Below the pieces are notes generated by a model that was not told the DNA's origin, made no database searches, and saw nothing but the letters and a program-made list of their open reading frames with translations. From NCBI GenBank assembly GCA_052426225.1, contig JBNJNM010000007.1, forward strand, positions 1,054,001 to 1,118,000: 64,000 bases of DNA, read 5' to 3'. This document shows positions 12,341 to 23,925 of the stretch, piece by piece (positions within the stretch are counted from its first letter, which is position 1; every line of letters begins with the position of its first letter). This DNA comes from Zancudomyces culisetae HAW-14-8. Lineage: Eukaryota; Fungi; Kickxellomycota. The position numbers were made by a program, and so were the translations under genes.

Positions 12341-13649
12341 ATGGTGCCCGCAATTGGTTCAAAATCACGGCTCCTTCACAAGACAATCATAGCGCCAATG
12401 CTTGATGTCACTACGTTGCCATTTTTGGAGTTATGCAGCATAATTTCACCCCATTCGAAGCATGCGTATTACTCTGAAATGTTTTACGCACGGGCGCTAA
12501 TTGACGGAGAGCTAAGACCAGGATCGGTTAAATACAAGCAAAACATTCCAATAAACAATAGAATGTGGGGGAAGGGATTGGCAGTACAAATAGGTACCGA
12601 TAATCCAAAAGATGCATACAAGGCAGTAGAAAAATTGGTTGAAGCGGGTGTTAACGAGGTAAATTTAAATATCGGATGTCCTAGCGATCATGTCCAGGTA
12701 AGTAATAACACGAATAGTGACTTAGTAAATATACAGGAATAAAACCGAGCTTTCCAGTGCAACGATTGCTTGTTTGTAGTTATTTTTTATCTTTTCTAAT
12801 TTAAAAGCGTCCTGGGCTGGAAATAATATAATAGAGCGGGAATTTTGGAGCGATACTAATGAAAACTCCTGAAAAAGTGGGTGATATATGTAAGGCCATG
12901 AAGGAGGCTGCTGGGGACAGTGCAGAAATTTCAGTAAAGTTTAGAGTGGGTGTGGACGAAGAAGAAAATTTGGATTTTATCAGTAGGTTTCTGGACATGG
13001 TATCGACAAAGAGTAGTGTAACAAAATATGTTTTACATGCTAGAAGGGCATGGCTAAAAGGATTGTCACCTAAACAGAACAGAACCGTTCCACCATTGAA
13101 CTATGATTTGGTATATGAGACCGTAAAAAAATACCCAGAATTTGTATTTATAGGAAATGGTGGAGTTGAAACCACAGAGGGTGTTGTGGAAAAGCTGGAA
13201 AAGCTGGATGGGGTAATGATTGGAGAAAGATAATGCACGACCCTTGGTTTCTGCAAGTCCTTGATAGGGAGATATATGGGATTGATGAATCACTAGTACC
13301 AACAGAGGAACAGGTGATGTCAAGGTATTTGGACTATGCAGATATGCTACAAAAAACGGTTGGAACGAAGAATACGATTTTAGCCAAGCCCATGTTTTTA
13401 ATATATAAAGGAAATAAAGGACGGTTTTTTAGGGGCCAGCTCGGTCAGTTGATAAGCAAAGTGAGTGGCAAAAGGTATGTAGCAGGAGGCATTGAAAAGG
13501 GTGATTCGCTTTGGGGTACTGAAAGCGAAATACATGGTCATCCGTTATTTAGCACTCTGGTGAACGAGACACTTCACTTGTGTAACAAGCAATTTGAACA
13601 TATAAAGGCAAAAAAAGAGACTTCAGCTGGCATCACATCTATCCATTGA
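12341..13649 (+). CDS. tRNA-dihydrouridine synthase, DusA-like (one intron; apparent 1-nt frameshift near 13224)
   Basis: IIAPML, VQIGTD, NLNIGCPSDHVQ|SGNFGAILMK (intron 12698-12834, GTAAGT..ATAG), SVKFRVGVD, HARRAWLKGLSPKQNRTVPPLNY, GNGG, GVMIG. Adding one A at ~13224 restores GRKIMHDPW and joins ORF 13233-13649. Confidence 0.85.
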
Positions 13650-13869
13650 GAAGAGATTTTTTTTTTCAAGTGGCAAGTACCAGTGTTTACGTAGAAATAG
13701 AACTGTAGAAACAATTAAGACTTTTTATTAACAATAGATAGATCAAGTAAAATAAAATGAATTAGAACAAAATAAAATAAAATGTGCGCTAATATACAAC
13801 GTAAAAAGATAAAGGTCAAGAAGACTTGGTGAAATTCAGAGGGATCAGATTTCAAGCTGCAAGGCTACT

Positions 13870-16800
13870 CTAATGGTGGTGGTAATGTTGGTGGTAGTAC
13901 TGATGAATTTCTTTGTTGATGAGTTCAAGACCTTTATCGTCGTTTAAGGTGACAAAAAAGGATCTGATGACTTTGTAGAGATGGAGATCAGGAACTACCT
14001 TGAATGAGTGTATGGACTGTAAAAGTTCTAAGGTTTTAACTAAAGAGGGATCAGGTGAGGAGGTTGCTGGAAAGGGAGCTTGAAGGTTGTTCGGACTCTG
14101 AGTTTTTCCTCCACCTTTGTTTTGTAGTTTTAGAGTTAGCATAAATGTACGGATTTGTAAAAACAGAGTGAGAGAATATAAATCGAATTTGAGGTTAGAG
14201 TAACTTTCTTGGGAATGCTCCTGTGAGTTCTGGAAATTATTTTTGTGAATATTCTTGTTGTCTGAAGTTGGTTGTAAAGAGGTTTGAAACAAGAGAGATT
14301 CAATCGTATCAATGGTGGAGGCGAAGTTTGCGGGCGAGAAAGGTACTAGTTTTCCGGATGGATCAGATATCACAGAGTTAAAACCAGTATCGCTAGAAAC
14401 GCTGATTATGGATGAGGATCGCAGAGAAGATAGAGTGGTTTTGTAGATTGCTTGAGTCAAAATAGTAAACGAGACGGTATCTGGTCTTATATTTTCGCTC
14501 AGCATAAAATTCCAAAATGCAAAAAGATTTGAAATTTCATTAGATCGCATATACACAGTCAGCATTGCGTTACATATGTAAATGTTCAAGTCGAAGCGGT
14601 CAATGTATGTATTGAACAGCTGCTTTGCAAGTTGTTTATTGGTGCTATGTTGCTCGTGATATTCGTGGTGTTGTTTGGTAGAATGGCTTATCAAACTTGT
14701 AGAGACAAAATCATACATGCGTTTTAAATATTCTTTATCGCGCATTCTTTCCCTGCTAGAGTAACTTTCGAATTGGTAAGGAGTATTATCCTGTGACAAT
14801 ATGCCTGTGGTGGTTTGAAGCAGGGTTTTTAACATGTTTGGTGGAATTGAACTACGTACAGTTTTAAGAATCAAATATACAGCGTTGAGGTCTATGCCTA
14901 TTTTCGTTTTTTTCATCAAATCTAAAATGACAGCTACTTGGTTCCAATCCTTTAAATGTACTAGAGACTCGATAGCTAGGTCAAACAGGGGTGTGAGTGC
15001 TTTGATATCTGATACGGCACTATATTGACTATTAGAACCGCTACTTGCATCCTTTTGTAGTTCACTAGATTTCAAAATGGGCTTGACAATTCTATTAAAC
15101 TCGTTTATTGTTTCAAAGTGTTGATAATTGGTTAAGTACACTCCTAGATATGCAGAAACAACAGATGATGCAGCCATTTTTCTATCAACGGAGTCTGACA
15201 CAAGTCCAGCACGAATTTCTTGTTCGAATATTCTAAACAAAGCCCTGGCATGTCTTAATTGCCCTTTGGCTGCCATCACATTGAACGCCACTGCTATCAT
15301 ATGCTCATCAAACCGTTTCTCACTTCGCAGCTGTCTTTTTTTTACTGCCATGTTTTCTCTTTGTAAGAGTTTGGCCATTAATATGTTCCATCCTCTGTAC
15401 TGTGAAATTCTAATTCTTATAGGTGTTAGACTGAGTCTATTCCCATATTTGTTTAAAAAAAATATTTTGATAACGTTTGTGATTATCCGGTTGTTGATAT
15501 ATACCCGCTCCATCTTCATACCCATAAATACTTTTGCTGCAACTTCCATAAGATATTTGGAGTGTTCACAAGACTTATCATCTTTCAACTCTCTTTGGAG
15601 TGTACCAAAAATAAGCTCGTAGGTCATCGAGTTTTTTGGAATCCCCCGGATTTCCATCTCTCTGGCCCATTCCAGCATTTCATTTACGTTTTTGAAAGCT
15701 GAACATCCTAATAGCACAAAGTTGTACATTTTTTGACTAAATTCATTTTGTTCAATTTCGTCTTTTAACTCATGAATCAATCCTTCAAATTCATTTTGCT
15801 CCTTTGGTTCTCTTTTGACCATCCCCCTGATTATCTGGATCCATACGTTTTCTTGTATTTGCATCACATTCCACTTTTTTAAAGTTTTTATTTCTGTATA
15901 TAGCTGGTCAAACCACTCCCAGTCCTCTTTATTTACCGCAACTCTTATCATTTCCGAATATGTTGTCGAGTTGCTAGCTATTCCGTACCCTTGCATTTCT
16001 TGTTTTATCTTTTCTATTTCCTCTCGAGTTGTCGAAGCCGCTGCACCCATAACTCTAAATAATATGTTATATTCATCACTTGTAGGCTGAACCAGTCTAA
16101 ATTCTGTGGGTTTTGAGATTTTTTGTCTCCTTATAGCTCTTGACACCAAGCCTATACTTTCATTGGTAATGCATTCTCTTTCACTATTCCACATTTTTCT
16201 AATGTAGTTTTTGGCTCTAACTTTGTTAGCTTCTCGTTCTCTATTGATCGGAGACTCGAGTGCATTTTTCAGTAGAGTATCTATGCTCAATTCATTATTT
16301 ATCATACTACAGGTACCGTACCGATATATCTCTTTATCTATATTGTTCGTTGTCTTTAAGCAGCTCTTTAAAAGCTCCTTCCACATTTCCATGCTTATTG
16401 CATTAGTATATTCTGCTAACAAAATTAAATCATACATCTCCCATATTTTTCCCTTGCTGGCTTTTTTTTTCCTGAGTTCTTGTTCCAAATTCCTAATTAG
16501 CTTACTTGACTCCAATCTTTCTGCTCTTTTCATATCTAATACCTTGTTTCCTTTTGAAGGGATGCAATGTTTCCCAAGAAAGTTCAAGGTTTCTTGAATA
16601 TCTTTGTTATGTATTGATTGGGCAAGATGTTCTTGCGTTGTAGCTTTCTCCCTCCAAATTCTGTTCCTGGTTTCCAAAACATTTTTTCTTAAAGTTTCCA
16701 TACTCTCCTACATTCGATCGTGTTTGCGCGCTTTCCCCAAATATTGCTCTTATCCTTTCTTTAATTCTAATGCTGTACCTTCTCCCTCTTAAGAATTCCG

Positions 16801-16909
16801 ACTTTAAACCCCCAGCTACTCCTATTTTTGCTAAGCCTTGCGTCCTCAAGTCGCTTGTTGTAAGATCCCTCAGCAAGATCGTTGCCTTTGCATTTGCACG
16901 AACTTGCAT
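13870..16909 (-). CDS. Pentatricopeptide-repeat (PPR) protein, probably mitochondrial (main ORF 13870-16701; presequence probably in the overlapping ORF from 16909)
   Basis: PPR-like motifs PTSDEYNILFRVMG, SNSTTYSEMIRVAV, KNSMTYELIFG, NIYICNAMLTVY, RPDTVSFTILTQA. The upstream overlapping ORF is Arg-rich and contains RRYS. Confidence 0.75.
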
Positions 16910-17282
16910 TCCTTACATACGTACCAATTCACTGTTTTTATTTTCTGTTGTTTTAGTTGGACATCTTCTTTAGAGAGAATTGCAGTTATTACGATATGTC
17001 AATACTTGAAATTACCACATGGATTCTTTGTTTTGGTATATGAGCTAAAGCTAGTCTTGTGTTAAAAACCTGCCTGGTTTTTAGGCAGAAAAAATTTTTT
17101 TCTTATAATAATTTGCAATCTCCTCTATTTAGTTTAGTGTTTGATTAAGTGGTGTCGAATTGATTTTGTCGTGAAAAAACCAAAAGTAAATATATGATAA
17201 TATAAATTATAATCGATGATGATTTGATGATTGATAGAAAAACGTGTTAAAGAAGAGAGATAGATGTAGAAAGACGGGAGAA

Positions 17283-17302
17283 GGGGGGGGGGGGGGGGGG
17301 GG
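17283..17302 (+). repeat. G20 homopolymer
   Basis: 20 consecutive G in AT-rich intergenic DNA; shorter C tracts near 9161 and 12287. Confidence 0.9.
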
Positions 17303-19715
17303 TGCGAGTTTGCAGAAGAGTTTAAGCAGTTGAAATTGAAGTTTTACGTTAAAATAAAAGCTGCAAAGAAAATGTGTAATATAATAACACTAGCACGACA
17401 AATATAGATACTCAAAAAAAAAAGTTGCATAGTATCCAGGAATATGCTCTCAAATACATATTTTGTTGTTTATTACAAAGGTACTTATCTTAAGGGAGTG
17501 GAAACAGAAAGAAGCAACTATTTGAATCGCGATGTGCCAACTTTAAGAAAATTATCCGTTTACTTCTGGTTGTTCAATGTAACTACTGAGCCATTTTTCC
17601 GAACACAATATACAATGATCGGGGAAGCAATAGCCGTTTGTGCTGCTAAAGGCGGTGTAAATGTACCTGTTGTCGCAAAAACAACCAGACCTGTTCTAAA
17701 AAACTGTATAACTATTCTTTCTTTTTTCTTTCTCCTATGTTATTCTTAGAAGTGCACATCACCTTAAGTTTTTGACTTTATTTAACTACCTGAAGCAATC
17801 TCTACCGTTTTTACAAAAATATAAAAAAAAGGTATTAAATGTGAGTGGGAAGAACTTCCTACCAAGAAATACTCCATATTGAAAAACAATTTAGGGTACC
17901 AATTGAAAGATCTGCCAAGAAAATTGTTGAGATTGTTATTGTTATTAGCAGAAATAAAGAGGTTTGCTGCTGCACCTGACGTATATGGCTCACTACTTTC
18001 TAAATGGAATTATCAGATTGATATGAAAAGTACTCAGAATCCTGTTATAGCTCAGTTGATAACGGATATAATTGGGATTACTGCTATATCATATCTTATA
18101 ATATCTTTTTCTTTTTGTGAGACTAACCCAAAAAAGTCAAAAAATCATATTAGTTTGTTTAGATTAATGCGAATTTAGAGTTTAGGTACTTGTACATCAA
18201 ATCCAACCACACTGATTTAAGTAGTGAACAAAAAAAAAACCTCCTTTACTCCACCTGTACAACGAAAACATATTGTTGACACGTATGAGCTCAATGGCGG
18301 TTATTTGCACAGGTACTTGTACTTTTTTCTACACTAATAAAAGTCCCTTTTTAAATATTTAGAGTCTGTAAACTTTGGATTAATATTACCAACGACACGT
18401 GCTTGTATAATTAGGCACTAGATCCAGGTTTATTTTTTGGTTTTATTGTTCCATCGAACCAAGTTACAAGTTTATGGTTCTTTATATGTTCAACCATAAA
18501 TAGCTGATACACAGTCAAATCGTATAATGGGAAAGTTCAAGCAAGTTGTTAATAATGATATGTGTAAGCGGATTAATAGGTACGAGTGGGCAACTTGAGA
18601 AAACTCTGCTACGATCGTTACCTTTAACTAAAAGTTTTACCTCCTTTTATTGATTTGCTGGTAGAGGTAGGCATAACCAGTTTACCTGCTTGAATTCCTT
18701 GATTAACCATTGATGGTTTTTGGAACAGTTTATTTACCAAAACATTATATTTTTGATTTACCGTTTTAACCTTTGAGGTTTAACCATCAAGCTCAGAGGA
18801 CGTGGAAAACGCAAAAAGGTCTTGCTACAAAATGTTTGTGGAGGTATTGGTTTATGTAGATCGATCATTCAATTTATTTTAGCCACTTGGGAGGAAATTC
18901 AGATCAATTAGAGAGATAGTACCATGCCTAAACCAAAATTATTGCGTTTTTATTATTATTACAACTCTGGGGAATCTGCCCGTGATTTTATTAAATATTT
19001 CTTTAGTTAAGGTTCTTGCAATAAAATTGTTTTTTCCAATGTGGCCAAACAAAACTGAGAGATAATCTATTTGTTGTTGATAAATTATAAAATCTAAAAA
19101 ATATGTATTTTTTATTTGGTTTAGCACTTATTTTTTCTAAGGGGATTGAACTGCGAATCACATGCCTAATTTTCCAGCGAATACTAGGCGATTTATGGTT
19201 ATTTACCAGGGGTTTGTATTTTGCTGGACTAACCTCCAACGATTTTATATAGCTATACTCGGTCATTAATTGGAAAGAACAAGGCAAATAAAACAATACA
19301 ATTCAACAAGGTGTATAAAGCTCTTTGAAATAAGCTTAAGATCGATAATGAGCCAACACTACTTCCGGTACAGTTCGGGACAAATAGCCAATCTATCAAA
19401 AATAATATGAGTGTTTTTTAATATTTTTATAAGGTAAATGTGTGAAATAATGACTAATTGCTGTTAATTCTTACTACTGCTCAACTCTACTGGTATTAAG
19501 TGTTTTTTCATCCATTTTAGAGACACAAAAGCATTATAAATAGTACAAAAGTCCCATAAAGCTAATATCTAATAAAATAGTATATACTTTAATCTATCCT
19601 CGTAAATTACATGTTAATTAATTAATTATTTATTTAAAGTTTTTTGGAAACGGGTACCTGTAATCCAGATAATTAATAGAAAACTTGTAAAAGAACAATC
19701 AAGGAAAAAAAATAT

Positions 19716-21575
19716 ATGAAAAGAAGGATTCAAGTTGGCCTAGTCATGGATAAAGCGATAAAGAAAATTTTAATGGTAACATTCGTGTTACTATTAAATT
19801 CCTTACTTTTTGCCAATGGTCAATTTATTGGTGTAGGAAGTACCTCGGAGCAATTTGATCAGTTTCTTTACTACTTTGACAATCAAGTAGATGACGCTAA
19901 GGACAGAGAAAATCTTATGACAGAGTTTAGAATTGCTCGTGAGGTACAGGAAATATTTTGGCCATTGTTTGCCTTGGCATATACCATCTTTATTGTATTG
20001 ACATTGGTGGCCTATCTGAGATTCTCTAAAAACACGAATGAGTTTTATTTCAAGTCAAAAACGCTTACCCTAGCCACAGTACTTTCAGGATGGTTGTATA
20101 CAATAAACTTGATAGCACAGGAAACGCTTGTAGAGTCTTACCCTTGCTTCTTGCGTTTGTGGTTTGCCAATTTGGTGTTTCCTATATATGCAATTTCTAT
20201 GCTTTTCAGAATTGTCCATTTTATTACGTTTGCAAGAACTAGCTTGTATAAAGCTGAAATCTCGAATGTTATAACAGAACTGACGGAAAAAGAAAGCAAC
20301 GAAGTAAAGTTTGAAGGTGTTTCCAAGGGAGTTATCTATAAGTTTGGATACTTTTTCCGATACATTTACAATGCCAAGTTTCCAGAAAACTTAGAGGATA
20401 AAAGAGACGAACTCCAGTTCAGAATAAACACAAACAACTTTATTCTTGACCTGTTTAGAAACCGAAACTTTTATATAGTTACAACAATAATCTCGATTGC
20501 CGGTATAGCTATGACAATTCACAACACTACGTCTGGACCCTACCAAATGATACCTGTGAGCTTTTCATGTCGGTTTAGTTATAATATGTACAAGCTATAT
20601 CATCTTGTCTTTGTGGGAATTCTTGTATCTTTCTACGCTGTTCTGGTATTTGCCTGTATTGGATACAAGGACGCATACGGAATGCAACTTGAATTGATTT
20701 TGATTATGGTTTTGACTATTGCATCATATGTAGCATCGATGATATATGATTATGCTGCAACAATCGAAGAACTTGTTCTATTTACCGGAGACTTGTTTCA
20801 CATTATTGTATATGTGATACAATATATTCTGATTGTGTTCGTTCCATTGCTTAGATTAAACAGAGATTGGTTTTTGCATTTATGGAGAAAAGACATCAAA
20901 GACGAAAAAAAGGCTGCAGCGTCAAAAAAAGAACAGTTCGAAGGTATCTTGTCATATCCAGAAGGATTTTTAAGACTAGGGAAGGCTGCTAACGAAACAT
21001 TCTGTCCAGAAAATGTAGAATTCATTAAAGATTATCAGGTTTTGAAGTATATGGTGTGCTCATACATTTTTTCTGCTGGCGAAAAGTTTGAAAAAGAAGG
21101 CGCATCACATGATAAAAAAGCTAATATTGAAGACCAATTCGAAAAGAAAAGGCATAGTATTATTTCCATGGAATCAACAAGTAGTCTAGAGTACCAAACT
21201 GATGTAGATTTCTATTCCTTAATCTCCGGAGACATTATTCCCTCACTTCCTGGGACCATACCAGAAGCTGTATATTCAATGAACTTGATGAGCGATCTAA
21301 ACAAAATAAATGAGGCGGAAGGTTTCACAGCCAGGACAACTTCGAAGCTGAGTAGAGTTCCAAATAAACTAGTAGCCAAATACGAAGCTTTCTTTAAGAA
21401 GTTTATTAATGAGAATGCAACACTGGCAGTAAATGTAGCTGATCGATTCTTTGTTCCAATCAAAGTCCAGTTTAACAAGAAGGAGTATACGCTTGGCATT
21501 TATGATGAAGTTTTTGATCAAGTTCTTAAGAATTTGTATGAAAACACATACCCAGTGATGCTTAAAAAGCTTTAA
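19716..21575 (+). CDS. Seven-transmembrane receptor fused to a C-terminal RGS domain (GprK/AtRGS1-like architecture)
   Basis: Hydrophobic leader, about 7 hydrophobic helices (PCFLRLW in TM3; KDAYGMQLEL before TM6), then RGS motifs TFCPENVEFIKDY, FFKKFINENATLAVNV, IYDEVFDQVLKNLYENTYP. Confidence 0.8.
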   Translation: MKRRIQVGLVMDKAIKKILMVTFVLLLNSLLFANGQFIGVGSTSEQFDQFLYYFDNQVDDAKDRENLMTEFRIAREVQEIFWPLFALAYTIFIVLTLVAYLRFSKNTNEFYFKSKTLTLATVLSGWLYTINLIAQETLVESYPCFLRLWFANLVFPIYAISMLFRIVHFITFARTSLYKAEISNVITELTEKESNEVKFEGVSKGVIYKFGYFFRYIYNAKFPENLEDKRDELQFRINTNNFILDLFRNRNFYIVTTIISIAGIAMTIHNTTSGPYQMIPVSFSCRFSYNMYKLYHLVFVGILVSFYAVLVFACIGYKDAYGMQLELILIMVLTIASYVASMIYDYAATIEELVLFTGDLFHIIVYVIQYILIVFVPLLRLNRDWFLHLWRKDIKDEKKAAASKKEQFEGILSYPEGFLRLGKAANETFCPENVEFIKDYQVLKYMVCSYIFSAGEKFEKEGASHDKKANIEDQFEKKRHSIISMESTSSLEYQTDVDFYSLISGDIIPSLPGTIPEAVYSMNLMSDLNKINEAEGFTARTTSKLSRVPNKLVAKYEAFFKKFINENATLAVNVADRFFVPIKVQFNKKEYTLGIYDEVFDQVLKNLYENTYPVMLKKL

Positions 21576-23322
21576 ATCATTTATTTATTGTAAATTTATA
21601 TCCTACTTTTTAATAGATATTATTGTAAATACCAACCTTCACAAATAAAACGATACAAGTGTGACTAGTTAATTACTTTGTTCCACGCTGATAAAAAAAA
21701 TACAAAGAAACCTGTTATGTTAACTGGTTGTAAATCAAATGGTATATATATTTTTTTTTTTCTTTTTTGAAGTTAGTAAAGCAAAATATGGTCAATTAGT
21801 TAATTAAGTAAAATGAAGGATCAAGTTCAAAAGTTAACACTTTAACTAAATATAAATTATTACTAGTTTAAAGGTATGAAAAAATGTTTTTCAGATCATA
21901 TCACTATTCTTGGATAATGTTCCGGAAATATTAAAGACAGGATTAGAGAAGTGACTAGGAATAGGAATAGGATCAGGAATAGGTAATGAATTTTGTTTGA
22001 GGAACCTTAGTCAGTGAGTCTACAATACCATCCTTTGTTGTCCGTGATTTCTTGAATTAGATAAAGTCAGAGCAAAGGTGATCCCATTGAACCAACGCCC
22101 GGTGGGTAAGGAGTTGCTAGAGAGACAGAGGAGAGTTGGCTAGGTTGATATTATATAGAGTTGTTTTATTTAATTTTTATTTGGTGTTTATTTATTGGGT
22201 CTTTTGAACAAAATATAAACTAAGAGAAATAATTGGGCAATTTCCAAAATTGCAGTGAATGAGTAGCAAATGGGAATGATTTACTTTTTGAATCTATAGA
22301 TTTTTGGTTCTTTTTTGACTAATACGTTTTTCGAGTATAGTGAGTTTTGCAGGAAAATCATGGATAAGCTTCTGGAGGGAGGAGTTAAACCTTGAACTTT
22401 TTGGAATTATTCGTGATACTAAGACCTCTTGAGCTAAAGCAGTGGCTTCCACATGCAGGTTTCTGAACAAAGTCTTTTTCACTTTGTTACCTAGCAGTGA
22501 AAAGCATTAAGTGTAGTCCCACTCCCCTTGAACTAATATCCCTCGGATACCTGGTATTATAGAGAGTTGGAATGAAGGTGCGATGAACTTAGTTTAGTTG
22601 ATTGTTTTTTTATGAACTTTTTGTCATCTAAATAAATATTACTTGGTCAGAAAAACAATATTTTGTAAATATACAATAAAAAAATTTAATTTTATTGTTA
22701 TCTATACGTTCCTATTGTTCGTTTGAAGCAAATTTACAATAACTGTATTGAACTTACAGTACTAGAACGCTTTTCTTTTGTAAAACCTGTAACAATATTT
22801 GTCCTCAATTCTTTTCTTTTTCCCGAACGCTTGTTATCATTTTATTTTACTTATTATTTTACTTTTATCATTTGCTCACCTTCTACATATTTATACCTCA
22901 ATTGAAATTTGTCAAATATGTTGGTGTTCGTCTGTTCTTACGAGCATGTATTTTACAATTATGTTTAGAAATATTAAAAACGATAGCTAGCTGTTAAACA
23001 AAGAAATCAAAACGTTCTGCATTTTCGTGGCTGTACTATAATCATAATAGTGTTTGTACTAAAAATAATACTTTCACGGTTTGTTATTAGAGCAATAAAC
23101 CATCAAGGTGATGTTGTGGTTTATAACAAAAATTCAACCTAGAGGCATTCAAACCCAGCTCCTTTACAACAAAAGCATAGTCTAAATTAGCAATAGTTGT
23201 AGTATGTTTTGGATCTTGATACTCTAAAATACAAAAAAAAACTATATAAGAGGAATTAGTTTCTTTACCATTTTATCAGACAAACCTAACCCTCAAATTA
23301 TCAACCACTCAAAAAAAGTAAA

Positions 23323-23925
23323 ATGAAATCATTAACCCTTTCCCTAGCCGTATTAGCACTTTCAGCTGGAACCGCTATTGCAGGACGTAGCGGTGGTCAC
23401 GGAGGACATCATGGAGGCCGCCACGGTCACGGCCACCGAGGATACAGACACAGACACAGATACTGGAGAAATGGAATCTGGTACGATTACCCAGTTGCAT
23501 ACGCAGTAGCAGTACCAGTTACAGTTGGAGCCGTTGGAGCCGTTGGAGCTGTTGGTACTACCTATGGAACTGGTGCAGCCGTCGCAACAGGATATGATAG
23601 TGGAGCAGTTGGAGCAGTTGGAGCAGTTGGCACTGTTGGCACTACATATGATGCTGGTGCCGTTGGAGCTGTTGGGGCAGTTGGAGCTGTCAACACTGCA
23701 TACGGAGCTGGTGCCGTTGGTGGAGTAGGAGTTGTTGGTGTAGAAACATACCCATCATACTACCCATTCTATGATGGCTTTTACTTTGATAGATTTGGTA
23801 GAAGACACAGACACAGACACGGTCACAGATGGGGTCACAGATGGGGTCACAGACATGGACATGGACATGGACACGGACACGGACATGGACACGGACACGG
23901 ACATGGACACGGACACAGACATTAA
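23323..23925 (+). CDS. Secreted His/Gly/Arg- and GAV-repeat structural protein
   Basis: Signal peptide MKSLTLSLAVLALSAGTAIA, AAAATG context, TATA at ~23243. His/Arg/Gly termini flank a (GAV)n-TxY core. Confidence 0.85.
   Translation: MKSLTLSLAVLALSAGTAIAGRSGGHGGHHGGRHGHGHRGYRHRHRYWRNGIWYDYPVAYAVAVPVTVGAVGAVGAVGTTYGTGAAVATGYDSGAVGAVGAVGTVGTTYDAGAVGAVGAVGAVNTAYGAGAVGGVGVVGVETYPSYYPFYDGFYFDRFGRRHRHRHGHRWGHRWGHRHGHGHGHGHGHGHGHGHGHGHRH

Noticed and set aside
14834-17065. Plus-strand ORFs overlapping the PPR gene
   Set aside because: Antisense shadows.
17444-18178. Coding-like fragments on both strands
   Set aside because: Possibly a gene relic, but no motif or stable frame to support a call.
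21900-22600. Minus-strand Pro-rich fragments and an AGGAAT hexamer run
   Set aside because: Interrupted frames with no recognisable family; the hexamers are not telomeric repeats.
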